Part shown: positions 50,433-63,735 of the stretch, piece by piece
Layout of the letters: every line of letters starts with the position of its first letter
Numbering within the stretch: position 1 is the first letter of the stretch
Notes under the pieces: model-generated
The model's database searches: none
Told to the model about the DNA's origin: nothing
Seen by the model: the letters and a program-made list of their open reading frames with translations, nothing else
NCBI GenBank assembly: GCA_020137815.1
Contig: CM035352.1
Location: forward strand, 1,612,001 to 1,676,000
Reading direction: 5' to 3'
DNA from: Hormiphora californensis
Taxonomy: Eukaryota > Animalia > Ctenophora
DNA: 64,000 nucleotides
Made by a program: the position numbers and the translations under genes

Positions 50433-51218
50433 TTGGATCGTGCCTTCACTATCTGGCGGAATGGCGGCCCGGGCAACAGAGCTACTACTGCTGATTACAG
50501 CCGGCTGGAGATGTCCATCGTATCTACCTTGAGACGAGTCGGTGGGTACCCTGACCCTAACAAGGAAGGTGGCACATTTGACCTGAACAAGCTGACCACC
50601 ACCTATCTCTCAACTCTAGATACCAACAAGAAAGTTAGTTTTATTTCTGATATGGCGGGCTTACTTTGGTATCGTGCTCTCCCTCTCAGTCGGTTAGCTA
50701 AGAAGAACTTGTCAGATGACATGCGATCGGTTCAGAACAGTTCTGTGTGTAGCGATGAATCAAAAGAGAAGGTAGAGAAGCTTATGGAGCATCTGGACCA
50801 CACCCGAGACCGTCTTGACAGTGCTACAGATCTGTTATTAGAACGTGATTCCAAGATCATTGAACTGCAATCAGAGATCAGTGCCCTGAAAGACTCGATC
50901 ATATCCATGAAAGATACCATGCTAGAGAAGAGCGTGACCGCTGTACAGACAGTTGTAAAGGACGAGATTCAGAATTACTCTGCTGTTCTCCAGACAGCTG
51001 CTACTGCTGTGAACCAGACCTGTGTATCTGCCCTTGCTCCCAGCAAACTACGAACAGCAATTGCCAGCGCTTCAGTTGATCGTAGTAACAACCTGATGGT
51101 GTACGGTCTGCCAGAGAGTGACCAGCTAAGCGACAGTACTTTAGTCAAGGATCTATTTGAACATTTGTCTGAACGCCGGACAAGTGGCAGACTTGTTAAG
51201 GGGGGCAGAGATCTTTAA
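50433..51218 (+). mobile_element. LINE ORF1 protein (coiled coil followed by RRM-like motif); the rest of the element is lost in corrupted sequence
   Basis: Heptad region KIIELQSEISALKDSI followed by DRSNNLMVYGLPES; CT-rich leader at about 50130-50200. Confidence 0.75.
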
Positions 51219-53239
51219 AAAACCCCCGGTCCCCCCCCCCCCCCCCCCCCCCCAAAAAAAAACCCCCCCCCCCCCCAAAAACCCCAAAAACCCCCAAAAA
51301 AATTTGGCCCCCCCCCCCCCGGCCCCCCCCGGGGGAAGGGGGCCCCCCCCCCAAAAAACCCCAAAAAAAAAGGGGGTTTTAAAAGGGGGGGAAATTCCCG
51401 GGAAAAAGGGGTTTTTTTTTGGGGGGAAAAACTTTTTTTGGGGGGGGGGGGGGAAAAAAAAAAAAATTTTAACCCCCCCCCTTTTAAAAAAGGGAAAAAA
51501 AATTTTTTTTTTCCCAAGGGGGTTAAAAAACCCCCCCCCCCCCCGGGGGTTTTCCCGGGTTTAACCCTGGGTTTAAACCCCCAAAATTAAAAAAAAAAAG
51601 GGGGAAACCCCCCCAAACCCCCCTTTTTTTTTCCCCCCCCTTTTTCTTTTAAAAAAATTTTTAAAATTTTTAACCAAAAAAAACCTTTTTCCCCCCCCAA
51701 AAAAAAAAATTTTTGGGGGGAAACCCCCCCCAAAAAACCCCCTTAAAAACCCCTCCCCCCAAAACCCCCCCCCAAAAAACCCCCCCCCCAAAAAAAAAAA
51801 CCCCCTTTTTTAAAAAACCCCCCGGGGGGGTTCCCAAAAAAACCCAAAAATAAAAAAATTTTAAAATTTTTTTCCCCCGGGGGGGAAAATTTTTGGGGGG
51901 GGGGTGGGGGGGCCCCGGGGGGGCCCGGGGAAAAAGGGGGTTTTTGGGGGTTTCCCCCCCCGGGCCCCCCCCCAAAACCCCCCCGGCCCAAAAAAAGGGG
52001 GGGGGGAAAAAAATTTTTTAAAAAAAAAAAACCCCCCCCCCCCCCGGGGGGGGGGGCCCCCCTTTTTTTTGGGGGGGGTTTTTTTTGGGGTTGGGGGTTT
52101 TTTGGGAATAAATTTTTTTTTTAAAAAAACCCCTTTTTTTTTTTTTTCCCCCGGGGGGAACCCCTTGGGAAAAACCCCCCCCCCAAAAAAGGCCCCCCTT
52201 TCCCCCCCTTTTGGGGGGCCCCCCCGGGGGCCCCCCCCAAAAAAAATTTTCCCAAAAAAGGGCCCAATTTTTTAAAAAATTTTTTTTTAAAAAATTTTTT
52301 TCCCCAATTTCCTTGAAAAAAAAAATTCCCCGGGGGGGGGTTTTTTTAACCAAAAATTTGGCCCCTTTTTCCCGGGGCCCCAAAAGGGGGAAAAAAAAAA
52401 AAACCCCCCCAAAAAAAATTTTTTTTTTTTTTTGGGGGGGGGGGAAAAAAGGGGTTTCCCCCCCCCCCCCGGGGGGGAAAAAAAAAACCCCCCCCGGGGG
52501 GGTTTCCTCCCCCCCCCCCTTACCCCCCCCACCCCGGGGGGGGGGCCCCAAAACCGGTTCCCCCCCTTTCCCAAAAAAACCCCCCCAAAAAAAAATTTTT
52601 TTAAAAAACCCCCCCTTTTTTTTTTTTCCCCCACCCCCCCCCCAAGGGTTTAAAACCCCCCCAAAAAAAATTTTTTGGGAAACCTTTTAAAAAAACCCCC
52701 CCCAAATTTTTCCCCTTTTTCCCCTTTTTTAAAAAACCCCCCCCAAAAACCCCCCCCCCTAAACCCCCCCCCTCCCCCCCAAACCCCCCCCCCCAAAATT
52801 TTTTTTTTAAAGCCCGGGGGAAAACAAAAAAATTTTCCCCCCCCCCGGAACGGTTTCCCCAAATTTCCCCTTTTAAATTTTTTTCCCTTATTTTTCCACC
52901 GGGAAAAAAAAAAAAGGGGTTTGAAAAAACAGTTTTAAAAAAAGGGGGGGGGGTTTTTAAAGGGGCCCCAAAAAAAGGGGGTTAAAAAAAAAATTTTTAA
53001 AAAAGGGGTTTTTTAAAAGGGTTTTTTAAAAATTTTTCCTTTTTTTAAAGTTTTTTTTCCTTTGGGGCCCAAACCCCTTTTTTAAAAAAAAAAAAAAAAA
53101 TTTTTTTTTTAAAAAAAAAAATTTAAATTTTTTTTCCAGGAAAATTTAAAAAAATTTGGCCCAAAAAAAAAAGGGGAAAAAAGGGGGGTTTGGGGGTTTT
53201 CCCCCCCTTTAAAAGGGGGGGGTTTTTTGGGGGGGGGGG

Positions 53240-53271
<32 letters not shown>

Positions 53272-54440
53272 ATTTAAAAAATTTTAAATTTAAAAAAAAA
53301 AAAGGGAAAGGTTTAAAAAGGGGTTTTTAAAAATTTCCCCAAAAAGGGGCCCCCCAAAAATTTTTTTTTTAAAAAAAATTTTTTTTTTTTTGGGGGGGGG
53401 GAAAAGGGGTTTTTAAATTTAAAGGGGGGGAATTTGGAAAAATTTTCCCCTTTTTTTTCCCACAAAAGGGGGAAAAAATTTTTTGGGGCCCCCCAAAAAA
53501 TTTTTGTTTTTTCCCTTTTTTTCCCCCAAAATTTAGAAAAAAATTTTTTGGTTTTTTTTTTTTAAAAAAAAAAATTTAAAAAAAATTTTTTCCTTTTCCC
53601 CGGGCCCTTCCTAACAAAAAAAAAATTTTTTTTCCCCCCCCCTTTTTTTTTTGGGGGGAAAGGGGGGGTTTTTTTTTCCCCCCCGGCAAAAAAATGGGGT
53701 TTTTGGGGGGGCCCCCCCGGGGGGGTTTTTTTTTTTTTTAAAAGGGAAAATTTTAAAAGAAAAAAATTTTAATTTTTTTCTCCCCCTAATTAAAAACCCC
53801 CCCTTTTTTTTTTTTTGGGTTTTTTTCCCCCTTTTCCCCCAATTTTTTTTTCCCTTTTTTTTTTTCCCCCTTTTTTTTTTTTTTTTCCCCTTTTTTTTTA
53901 ATTTTTTTTTCCCCCTTTTGGGGGGAAATTTTTTTTTAAAAAAATTTTTAAATTTTTTCCCAAAAATTTTTTTTCCTTTTCCCCGGAAAAAATTTTTTTT
54001 TTTTAAAAAATTTTAAAAGGGGTTTCCCAAAAAGGAAAAAAAAAAAAAATTTTAAAACCCTTTTTTTTTTTTTTAAAAATTTTTTTTCCCCCCAAATTAA
54101 AAAAAGGGGGGGGAAAAAAAAAAAATTTTGGGGGAAAAGGGGGGGGGTTTTGGGAAATTTTTTTCCCCCAAAAAAAATTTTTTAAAAATTTTAAAAACCC
54201 CCCCCCCCGGGGGTTTTTTTCCCCAAAAACCCCCCCCCTTTTCCCCCCAAAAAACCCCCCCCCCAAAAAAAAAAAACCCCCCCTTTCCCCTCTAAAAAAG
54301 GGGGGGAAAAAAAGCCCCCTTTTAAAGAATAAAAAAAAAGGGGAAAAATTTGGGGGTTTTTCCCCCCAAAATTTTTAAACCCCAAATTTTTACCCCCCAT
54401 TTTTTTTCCCCCCCCCTTTTTTTTTTTTGGGGAAACCCCC
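51195..54440. other. Homopolymer-run sequence, probable sequencing or gap-filling artefact
   Basis: Almost entirely mononucleotide runs; abrupt onset inside an ORF and abrupt return to normal sequence. Confidence 0.9.
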
Positions 54441-55347
54441 GATTCTGGTGGTGTTCAGGGTATTGAGACACAGTGCTGTGAGCGAGAAACTGAAAATCGT
54501 AAAAATCGGAGTTTTGGACCCGGAAAAAGATCGCACCGGATGTTAGGATTTTCTGTGGTGTTAGGAGAGACCCTTGGGGACACATTAGTGAAGAAATTAG
54601 CTTTTTAAGTTGAATTTCTCATTCCTGAGGCTCATTTATGTCGCGCATCATCAATTTGGTGAGTTAATTGGTTTTTAATTAGCTCTACCGTCTAATTGAG
54701 ACAAAAATGAATTCCAATAGTATTTTTCTGATAATCAGCTTATTTTTCTCGATTTTTTAAGCTGTATAAAACTCATTTTTGATAAACTTTAAATTCTAGT
54801 AATTACGCCCAATTATGCCCAATTAGGCAAATTCCGCCTATTTTCGACACAAATAAAATCTGAAAATATTTTTCCGATAATCAGTGAATTTTTCCCGATT
54901 TTTTGAGCTATGCAGAATACATTTTGAATTCTAGTAATTACACCCAATTATGCCCAATTAGGCCAATTCCGCCTATTTTCGACACAAATAAAATCTGAAA
55001 ATATTTTTCCAATAATCAGTGAATTTTTCCTGATTTTTTGAGCTAGGCAGAATATATTTTAGACACATTTACAATTAAGGCCAATTAAGGCCAATTAAGC
55101 CACTTTCCCCATCGAAAAAGTTCACTAAAAGTTTATAGTCGTGATCAGCATACTCGAATTGACCAAAATCAACCGGAATTTGCTTTTATGCAGAAATGCC
55201 GATTTTAAATCGAACTTTGCCTGGACTAGAGATAGTTTTGGTGTGTAGGGTTACTAGGAAAGTGTCATGTTGTTCGGGGCCACGAACAACATGACACTTG
55301 CTATTCCCAAGAAAGCAGAAATGAAATATAACCTATTCTCTCTACAG

Positions 55348-56982
55348 ATAACTTTACGATAAGAGAGTCGAAGGATATTTTAAACTGCACTGGGGAATCA
55401 ATAATGAGTTGTCGAACCTAATGGTGAGTTTACAGCCCTCTAACACTGTCCCCCTCCTTTTACCAACCCTCTAACACTGTCCCTCTTTACCAACCCTCTA
55501 ACACTGTCCCCCTCCCTTACCAACCCTCTAACACTGTCCCTCTTTACCAACCCTCTAACACTGTTATACCCCCCCCCCCTTACCAACCCTCTAACACTGT
55601 TCCCCCCTTACCAACCCTCTAACACTGTTATACCCCCCCCCCCTTACCAACCCTCTAACACTGTCCCCCCCCCCTTACCAACCCTCTAACACTGTTATAC
55701 CCCCCCCCCTTACCAACCCTCTAACACTGTTATACCCCCCCCCCCCCTTTACCAACCCTCTAACACCCCTTCCCTCTCAGGAAGGAGATCTTGAAGAGGA
55801 ACAGTCAGGCCCAGCTGCAGTCAAGAGATCCCCACTGGAAGCTATAGCCCAGACTGATAAGGAGCTAGATCACATCTCGACCTGAAGCTGATTATGTGGA
55901 GGATTACTGTGATAAGGTTTGTGTCCAGCTCTAACCCCATTTAGGTTGCTTTTTCAATCCCCTAACTGCTAATTTACACTCCCGTGTATGGTAAGCTGGG
56001 GCAAAAGTGGCCCATTTTTAATTTATACAGCAGGAGAAAAAAATGTATAGGCTACCCAATGAAACGTTTTCCTTTCAGCTGGGCTAAATTTTAAAACTTG
56101 CAAGTTTTATTTAATGGGTCAATTCAAATAATTTGGTGATGCTTTTTTTGGAAAATTTGCACTTGGGCAAAGTGGCCCAAGCAAAAGCATTGCTAAATTT
56201 TATCACGTGACTGATGTTGTTAAAACACCGATAGTTGGGGCAAAGTGGCCCATGTTGTCTCTAGCAGCTTGCCCCAGTGCATTCCAATGTCACGTGGTAT
56301 TTCATACTCCATTTTATTGGTTCTAGAGGTGGACCACTTTGCCCCAGGGTTGACCACCTTGCCCCAGTGAGTGGACCATATTTGCCCCAATTTGACTAAT
56401 TTGACAATTTAATCAACTTAATATGTATGTAGTGAGTTTTTTGAAAAAATTTTATGCCTAGTTTTAGAAGAATAAATAACCTAACTGGCAGTTTTTGCAA
56501 AATTAAAATCGGCCAACTCAAACAGAAATCACAGCAGTTTTAATTGTTATGTTCTAACCCTCCTTTACATTTGTAAACAGTCTAACTAGGCAAAAATCCG
56601 GAACAGAACGAGCAGGCCAATTTGCCCCATACATGGGCCACTTTACCCGATGGACCAATTTGCCCCAGCTTACCTTACTCGTATAATAGCCCATGTTATA
56701 TCTAATCACTCAACTCCTGCTACCCAAACCGCAGTTTCTATATTTTATCCCACCCCAACACCCCTAACTCACCCCCTAATCAACCCCTAACACCCCATCT
56801 CCTCCTCTCCAGGACCACTCAGAGCTGGAATCCAAGTTGAATGTAACAAACTGCACCACATGTTATTATGACGGCAACTGTGGGTGCTGTTGTGATGTGT
56901 GCTGTGATGTCAGGACATTCCTTACTCCCCTAACACTGCATACATCATCTACTGACTGCAGTATTGATCCAGCTCCATTTTA
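55348..56982 (+). CDS. Possible 3' exons of an unknown gene (55348-55423, 55781-55916, 56813-56982) with a Cys-rich end
   Basis: Strong acceptors and donors; last exon DHSELESKLNVTNCTTCYYDGNCGCCCDVCCDV; frame is broken in the first two exons. Confidence 0.35.
55436..55766. repeat. Minisatellite, 26-37-bp variable unit, about 11 copies
   Basis: ttaccaaccctctaacactgt followed by a variable C run. Confidence 0.95.
55989..56675. mobile_element. pogo/mariner-type MITE
   Basis: TA-flanked; TIR ggtaagctggggcaaa / tttgccccagcttacc; internal repeats of gggcaaagtggccca. Confidence 0.8.
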
Positions 56983-57343
56983 GCTGGTTACATGGAATGG
57001 GAATAGAATTATAAATGCAGTGAATGGACTCATAAACAATACCGAACATTGGAAGGATCAAGGATCCCGTGGTAAAAATAGGACACTGGACACTCTTTGT
57101 TGGACACACATTTTTTGGATCGAATAATTTTTGAGAATAGTATGAGCAGCAAAACTGACCGTCCCATGAGGTGTTTTAGGATGTTCTCAATTCTTACTCT
57201 GTGATATTAAAAACACAAATCTTAGGTATCCATTTCTATATATTACAGCGGATGGAAATTGGAAAATTAGTTTTGAATATGTACATAGAAATCATAAATA
57301 TATTCCCCCCCCCCCCCCAAAAAGTGTGATTTTTGCTAATATA

Positions 57344-57476
57344 CAGTCGGTTCCCGATTTACCGCGATGCTCGGGGGAAAGATATTGCCTGATAATTCGG
57401 GGTGCCCGGGTCAAATAATGTTAATTTCTTATCCCGGCTCGGGTATATCAACGACCGGTAAATTGGGGTCCGACTG
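57344..57476. mobile_element. Short pogo/Tigger-type MITE
   Basis: TA|cagtcggttcccgatttaccg ... cggtaaattggggtccgactg|TA. Confidence 0.85.
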
Positions 57477-58280
57477 TAACTTAATGTTAATAAATAGTTC
57501 TTTGTCCATCACAATCTTTTAACACTTATTTCCAGGTACTGATCATTTAGTTTCGAACAATGCCGTGTAAACTGTCCTCTATCAATAATTATGAAGCTCC
57601 CATCATCCGGTGTAGGCTTTTTCCTGACAGAGGTTTGGTATAATGCTAATTAATAATCAGGTCATTATCAGGTCATCACAACACTTTAGGGTGTGGCAAA
57701 CATATGTTTGCCACAACCTAAAGTGTTTCAATTTGTATCCTGCTCCCTCTACACCCGGTCGAGCACTTTCGTGGCCGTCACCGCCCCGTACTGTATATTT
57801 TACAGTATGAATCCTAAATCGCATTCTCTCTTCACTCTAATTTAAAATTATATCTCTCTCCCCTAGTTTGATTCGGTCCTGACCAAGATGTTAACGTTGG
57901 TACATATTTGTCCTTTTCCTTCTCATTACACATACCAAGTTTCGAATAATACCATGTGAACTGTCCTTTCATCCCGTTCCCGAAAATGAGGTATGGTAAC
58001 AAGATTTAAATATTTATTTTATGATTTTTGCATAATGTTTAAGGGGTCATCAATTCAGCCCTAAATTACAAATTGGCTTAATTCAGTTTTCAGATGGTGT
58101 TAAAATGAACACACCATGTCACACCATGTCACACCATGTCTCACTAATACCCTAAGATTTAATCGGGGCGCGCGCGGTTGTTTTTAAAATAAAAGTTGAA
58201 ACGTGTCAGCAGTTCGTGGCGTGGTGTGTGTGTGCGCGTCTTAGCAACCCCTGAAGTTCATGTGACAGCGGGCCTAGCCC

Positions 58281-60019
58281 CTACGGGGCTTGCCCGCTTC
58301 GCGGGCAATACTCTCTCCCAAAGTTAGCTGCTCTAGGGATTACATATCCACCAAAACCTGAGTCTTCCACGTAAAACATGATATTCACGTTAGTAAACCT
58401 TGAAGCAGATTCAGCGTCGACCTCCAGTTTTGAGCCCAGTTTTCCTGTCAGTACTTGACTAGGATTCGAATCTATTATAATTTTCGGCACTGTTAGGAAT
58501 GGCCGACACTAACAATTTTTTTGTTAGTGTTTTTTGTTAGTGACGTCACTAACAAAAAAATTGTTAGTGTTTTCACTAACAATTTTCACTAACAAAAATT
58601 TTGTTAGTGTTTTCACTAACAATTTTCACTAACAAAAAAATTGTTAGTGTTTTCACTAACAATTTTCACTAACAAAAATTTTGTTAGTGTTTCTAATTGG
58701 GGTGATGGTTATGAGATACGATTCAGGGACGCATTAATGCATTATTGGCAGTGTGAGACGATACGGGTTATGGAACATGATTCTGTGAAGCTTATTAGGA
58801 TGGTTAGGCGACATGAGACACGATTCGGGGAAGGTTTTCTTCGTTTTTCAAGTAACGATACATGGAAAATGAAGATATTTGTGAGTAGACAAGGAATACA
58901 CCAATTTCAAGAGAATAAAACTAAAAACACAAATCAAATAACTTGTCCACATTTAGTTGCTCTGTCCAACAATTGGAGTACAATACGAACCGATTACCGA
59001 TTATTAATGTGGACAAGTTATTTGATTTGTGGTTTTAGTTTTATTCTCTTGAAATTGGTGTATTTCTTGTCTACTCACAAATATCTTCATTTTCCATGTA
59101 TCGTTACTGGAAAAACGAAGAAAACCTTCCCCAAATCGTGTCTCATGTCGCCTAACCATCCTAATAAGCTTCACAGAATCATGTTCCATAACCCGTATCG
59201 TCTCACACTGCCAATAAGGCGTCCCTGAATCGTATCTCATAACCATCACCCCAATTAGAAACACTAACAAAATTTTTGTTAGTGAAAATTGTTAGTGAAA
59301 ACACTAACAATTTTTTTGTTAGTGACGTCACTAACAAAAAACACTAACAAAAAAATTGTTAGTGTCGGCCATTCCTAACAGTGCCTAATTTTCACACGCC
59401 TATCATCCGGTCTTTCCATGGTACCAGTGGTTGTGTAAGCGTTGATCGTCCATGACGTGTAGAACGGTTTTTTCCCACTATTACTATAAATACATTGTTC
59501 TTTCTTCGTTCTCTCTGTTTCCACTACCCATAATCGTTCGTTTGCAAGATGTACCGTGCGATATGGTACATGAGTTTCAGTTTTGGGGAAGTATCGATGA
59601 AATAGTACGACTGGCCCAGTTGTAAGCTCGGGTCCAATTGGCACTAGAATAGGTTCTCCAAAAGACTTGTGGGTGATATCGATCGTAGCACGGATTCTGA
59701 ACTTTGTTTTGTTGTCAACTGACGGTTCAAACTTAGGCCAACCTCTTACAGTTGCAACTTTACCATTGCATTTATAGAAATTTGTGACTGTAGAGGATTG
59801 CAGGACCTCCGTATCAATATCTTGCAGAGAATAGTTGACTGTGCAGCTCCATTCTTTTGTAGAGTTAATAGAATTACAGTACAGAAAAACTCCAGTGTAC
59901 CCTTCATCCATTTTCCGAACACGTACTTTCCAGAAAAATCCGGAAATGGGTTTCCAGTTCGTTTGTTTATCATCACAGTTGCAGTTAATGTTGAATTCTA
60001 CCGTAAAGGGTTGCTCCAT
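58281..60019 (-). CDS. MATH/TRAF-like domain protein, 276 aa once the 58486-59385 insertion and one TSD are removed
   Basis: FFWKVRVRK...GYTGVFLYC...EWSCTVNYSL...RGWPKF motif order; ORFs 60034-59375 and 58490-58281 join in frame at ...DRRVKI/IIDSN with no other lesion. Confidence 0.8.
58486..59385. mobile_element. 900-bp almost fully palindromic foldback DNA transposon derivative
   Basis: TIR ggcactgttaggaatggccgacactaac...; 8-bp TSD taattttc at 58478-58485 and 59386-59393; arrays of cactaaca/tgttagtg. Confidence 0.95.
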
Positions 60020-60256
60020 GTCTAGAGGAAACAATAGTTGATATTTTGATAAAAGTATGAATCTACGTAAGGACTTGGGTGGGTAAAAGAGAACTGTTCA
60101 TTATTCATATCGGCCTGCCTCACAAGGAGGATCAGAAGTTGAAAAATTGGAATTGATTAAAAACTGAGTTGAATTACACGCATGTTTTTATTGAGTAAGT
60201 GTGGTACCCCTTTGCCCTCTCAAGCTCTCTTTTGAGCTGATAACGGCGGTTCGAAG

Positions 60257-61004
60257 GGGAAATTTTGATTAGCTGCAGACGGAGTCCAGACGGGCTTGAG
60301 ACGTGCCGTTCAAACGGCCGTCTGAAACGTTCCCTACCCGTTTAAACGGAGTAAGACGGAATTTGACGAAATTATACGGTGTTGGACGAAATCAGACGGA
60401 ACCTCTGAAATGAGACGGAACCTCTGAAATCAGACCGAAACCAAACCCGTCTCAAACCCGTCTGAACGTCACCAACAGAAATTCTGTCTCAAGCCCGTAA
60501 TATAGGCCAGACAACTTCTATTCTGGAGCAAAACCCGTCTCCACTTCAGTACACGACAGCTACCGTGTTTAAAACTGTGTACCCGGTTGGGATCATTTGG
60601 AACTAAGGAAGCGAATAAAACAATGTGTACCACGACACTCCTCAATGTTTTCCCCCACTCCACTTCATACACAGCTCATTTCCACCAAATGCTCATTTGT
60701 TCATAGTCGTCTACACGCCGTCTAGACGGGTTTTGCTCCAAACGTCTTCTGGCCCATACGGGCTTGAGACGTTGTCATGCTACGTAGTCTGTCTGTTCGG
60801 CAATCGGCACGTTAAGCACCCGAAGGCCCGATGACCGATGTGAGCTAGAGCTGACAGACAAGGAACATGTCAATTGAGACGGAATTTCTTTGCCTAGATA
60901 GACTCTGCGCAAGAGTGTACAAAAACACATAACCCTTCTTTACAAATGTAAAAACGACGTGTAGACGGCGTCTGGACGGCGTCTGCAGCTAATAAAAATT
61001 TGCC
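60257..61004. mobile_element. Mutator-like MITE
   Basis: TIR gggaaattttgattagctgcagacg / cgtctgcagctaataaaaatttgcc; 9-bp TSD ggttcgaag at 60248-60256 and 61005-61013. Confidence 0.8.
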
Positions 61005-61278
61005 GGTTCGAAGGAGGGTGAGAGAAAGTCGCTGCCCGCTGCTGAATGTAGCGAATAGTATTAGGCATTAGCATGATTTATCAGAAATGAGGTAAGCAAG
61101 GTTGAAGAAGGTACTAGGTAGCTAGAGAACTTTTCTAGTTCATCATCATCACAAAATATTATTCCGCTTTTTAGTCTTTCAATTTCCAAAGAGTAAGACG
61201 CCCAAGCCCCAAAGACGCTGCCCACCGGTACGGGGTTCATCAGGAACGTCGAAGGGCCTTCGGCCCAGACCGTACCTG

Positions 61279-61724
61279 CAGGGCTGGCTCCAGCCCAATA
61301 TTTTCAGGGGGTGAAGTGGCCGGAAACCACTTTTCCCAAAATTTTGTTTGTGCGAACGGAAGGGGGTTTTGGGCTAAGCCCCTGGAAAAGATTGATTATT
61401 TTTAATCGATTTTGGCGCATTTTAGGTATTTAGAGGTTCGACTAAAAGTAAGTTAATATTTTAATAATGAGACCAAAATCATTTGAATCGTCCGAAGTGG
61501 GATCTATACCTGATCCAGTCGAATAGAAGCAATCTTGTTCCAAACTTCCTTCAGCTTCATGCTGTCTGCGTACCACCGACATGTCTTGATGGGGGCGAAG
61601 CCCCCTGAAAAATTTGAGAATTTAAATTAATTTTTACGCTCTTTGGCTTTTCGACGGGCTTGTCACCTTTACTTTAGTGGGGGTGGTGCTCACCCCTCTC
61701 ATCACCCCCCTGGAGCCAGGCCTG
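61279..61724. mobile_element. hAT-type MITE
   Basis: TIR cagggctggctccag / ctggagccaggcctg; 8-bp TSD cgtacctg / cgtacctt (7 of 8 match). Confidence 0.75.
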
Positions 61725-61764
61725 CGTACCTTTGCATCCAGCGTCCTTGGCCAGTTTAGGCTCA

Positions 61765-61930
61765 TTTTGACATGAGGAGCCTCGGAAATGTTCAAGTCAT
61801 GCACATTCAAGTCACGCCCACCAATCACAGCTCAGAACTCGCGGATCACGAGAGCTGTTCTGGGCTGTGATTGGTGGGCGTGACTTGAATGTGCATGATT
61901 TGAACATTTCCGAGGCTCCTCATGTCAAAA
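61765..61930. repeat. 166-bp palindrome (MITE-like) with CCAAT and GC-box-like motifs in both arms
   Basis: ttttgacatgaggagcctcggaaatgttc...cacgcccaccaatcacagc and its reverse complement. Confidence 0.85.
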
Positions 61931-62960
61931 GTTTTGTTTGAAATAGAAAGGAACACGACTGTGCGGGTGTACCATTATAGTGTTGTGTGAATATGGGAGA
62001 GGGACACAGCATTATTATCATCATATCTGGGCTATTAATATCACTCATATCATCTTTCTTTTCCACTTTGGGTTCACCGCTTTAGAAGGCTGGTAGGAGT
62101 GCTCTGGCGCTCATCGAGTAACTTTGTATGACGTTTATCACTCTTACTATTATTAGTCAAAAAGCGGGATGTTAAATGTACATTTTGATTGATTGATTGA
62201 TTGAAGAGTGGCTTCACCTTGGCATACGTTGCAGGCCCCTTATAATATAATATAAGGGGCCTGGAGGGAATACCGCGCTGGGGGGGAATACATAATCAAT
62301 CATATCTCCGGTTCCAGATAAGGTACAGAAATCGTTTTGGTAGCGTTGGAAAGAGGAAGATAACAGCTTTCAAATGCAACCGGTTTCAGGTCTCTATCTT
62401 ATCAGGAACAGGAGATATGAACGAAACTCCGCAAAATCGAGTGCGGTAAAATAAAAAATTCGAGATTTTAATTCAAATTTGAAACAAAAGTGTCCCTGCA
62501 GGGATCTGTGACGTCACTTTTTGAAAACAACCAATCTTTGAACGGCTATTGCTCAGCCTCCTGAAGTCCAATTAACTTCTCTCAAAAACAGCAAGGTAGA
62601 TAATTGTCAGATCTAACAACTGGTGAAAGAATCAAGTCAAACGGACTTCAGGGGTCAAAGTTATAAGCACCGCCGTTTTTTCGCTCGCAAAGTTATTTTC
62701 GACTCTGGCCAGATCTGGCCAAACGCGCGCGCGGCATTCCCTCCAGTCCCCTCGTTGCGGGGGTGCGCGCATGAGGGGGCTGCAGCGCATTCCAAGGCTT
62801 CACCAGAAGTTTTGTTTCAAAAAAAAATAGAAAATTTGCCCAATTTTAAATTTGTTTTTAATGTTTTTACGCGCGCGTTCAAATTTAATTCGCGTCTCTT
62901 TTTTTAAACGTTTAATTAAATTAATCGCGCCTTACATAAAAATTACTGTACACTAAAAAA

Positions 62961-63298
62961 TAGTGTCTGACGGTGTATAAGGTCCAAATGAGGCACGGAG
63001 GTATTCTGAATCAGCTTTTCAAGACGAATCCAACGCAACCGGAATTAGCTTTCTATCTAATCGGGAAGGTGTGGTTCATTTTTTTCATTTTCGGCCGCGC
63101 GAGCCAATCAGAGGGCTGGATTTCGAAATTCTGACCTCTGATTGGCTCGCGCGGCAAAAATGACTAAAAATGAGTGTGAGTGAACCGAACCTTCCCGATA
63201 AGATAGAAAGCTAATTCCGGTTGCGTTGGATTCGTCTTGAAAAGCTGATTCAGAAAAGCTCCGTGCCTCATTTGGACCTTATACACCGTCAGACACTA
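62961..63298. mobile_element. hAT-type palindromic MITE
   Basis: TIR tagtgtctgacggtgtataaggtcc; 8-bp TSD ctaaaaaa at 62953-62960 and 63299-63306. Confidence 0.85.
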
Positions 63299-63316
63299 CT
63301 AAAAAATGGCGCCGAA

Positions 63317-63735
<419 letters not shown>

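Noticed and set aside
51195-54440. Many Gly/Pro/Lys/Phe-rich ORFs and apparent G-quadruplex-like runs
   Set aside because: Products of homopolymer-run sequence that starts abruptly inside a LINE ORF1; most likely an artefact replacing the rest of the LINE
55436-55766. Repeat with variable intervening sequence resembling a CRISPR array
   Set aside because: The variable parts are only C-run length variants, there are no unique spacers or cas genes, and the context is eukaryotic
58641-59270. Two ORFs on opposite strands with the same peptide (YWQCETIRVMEHDS...)
   Set aside because: Mirror images produced by the palindrome; no domain features
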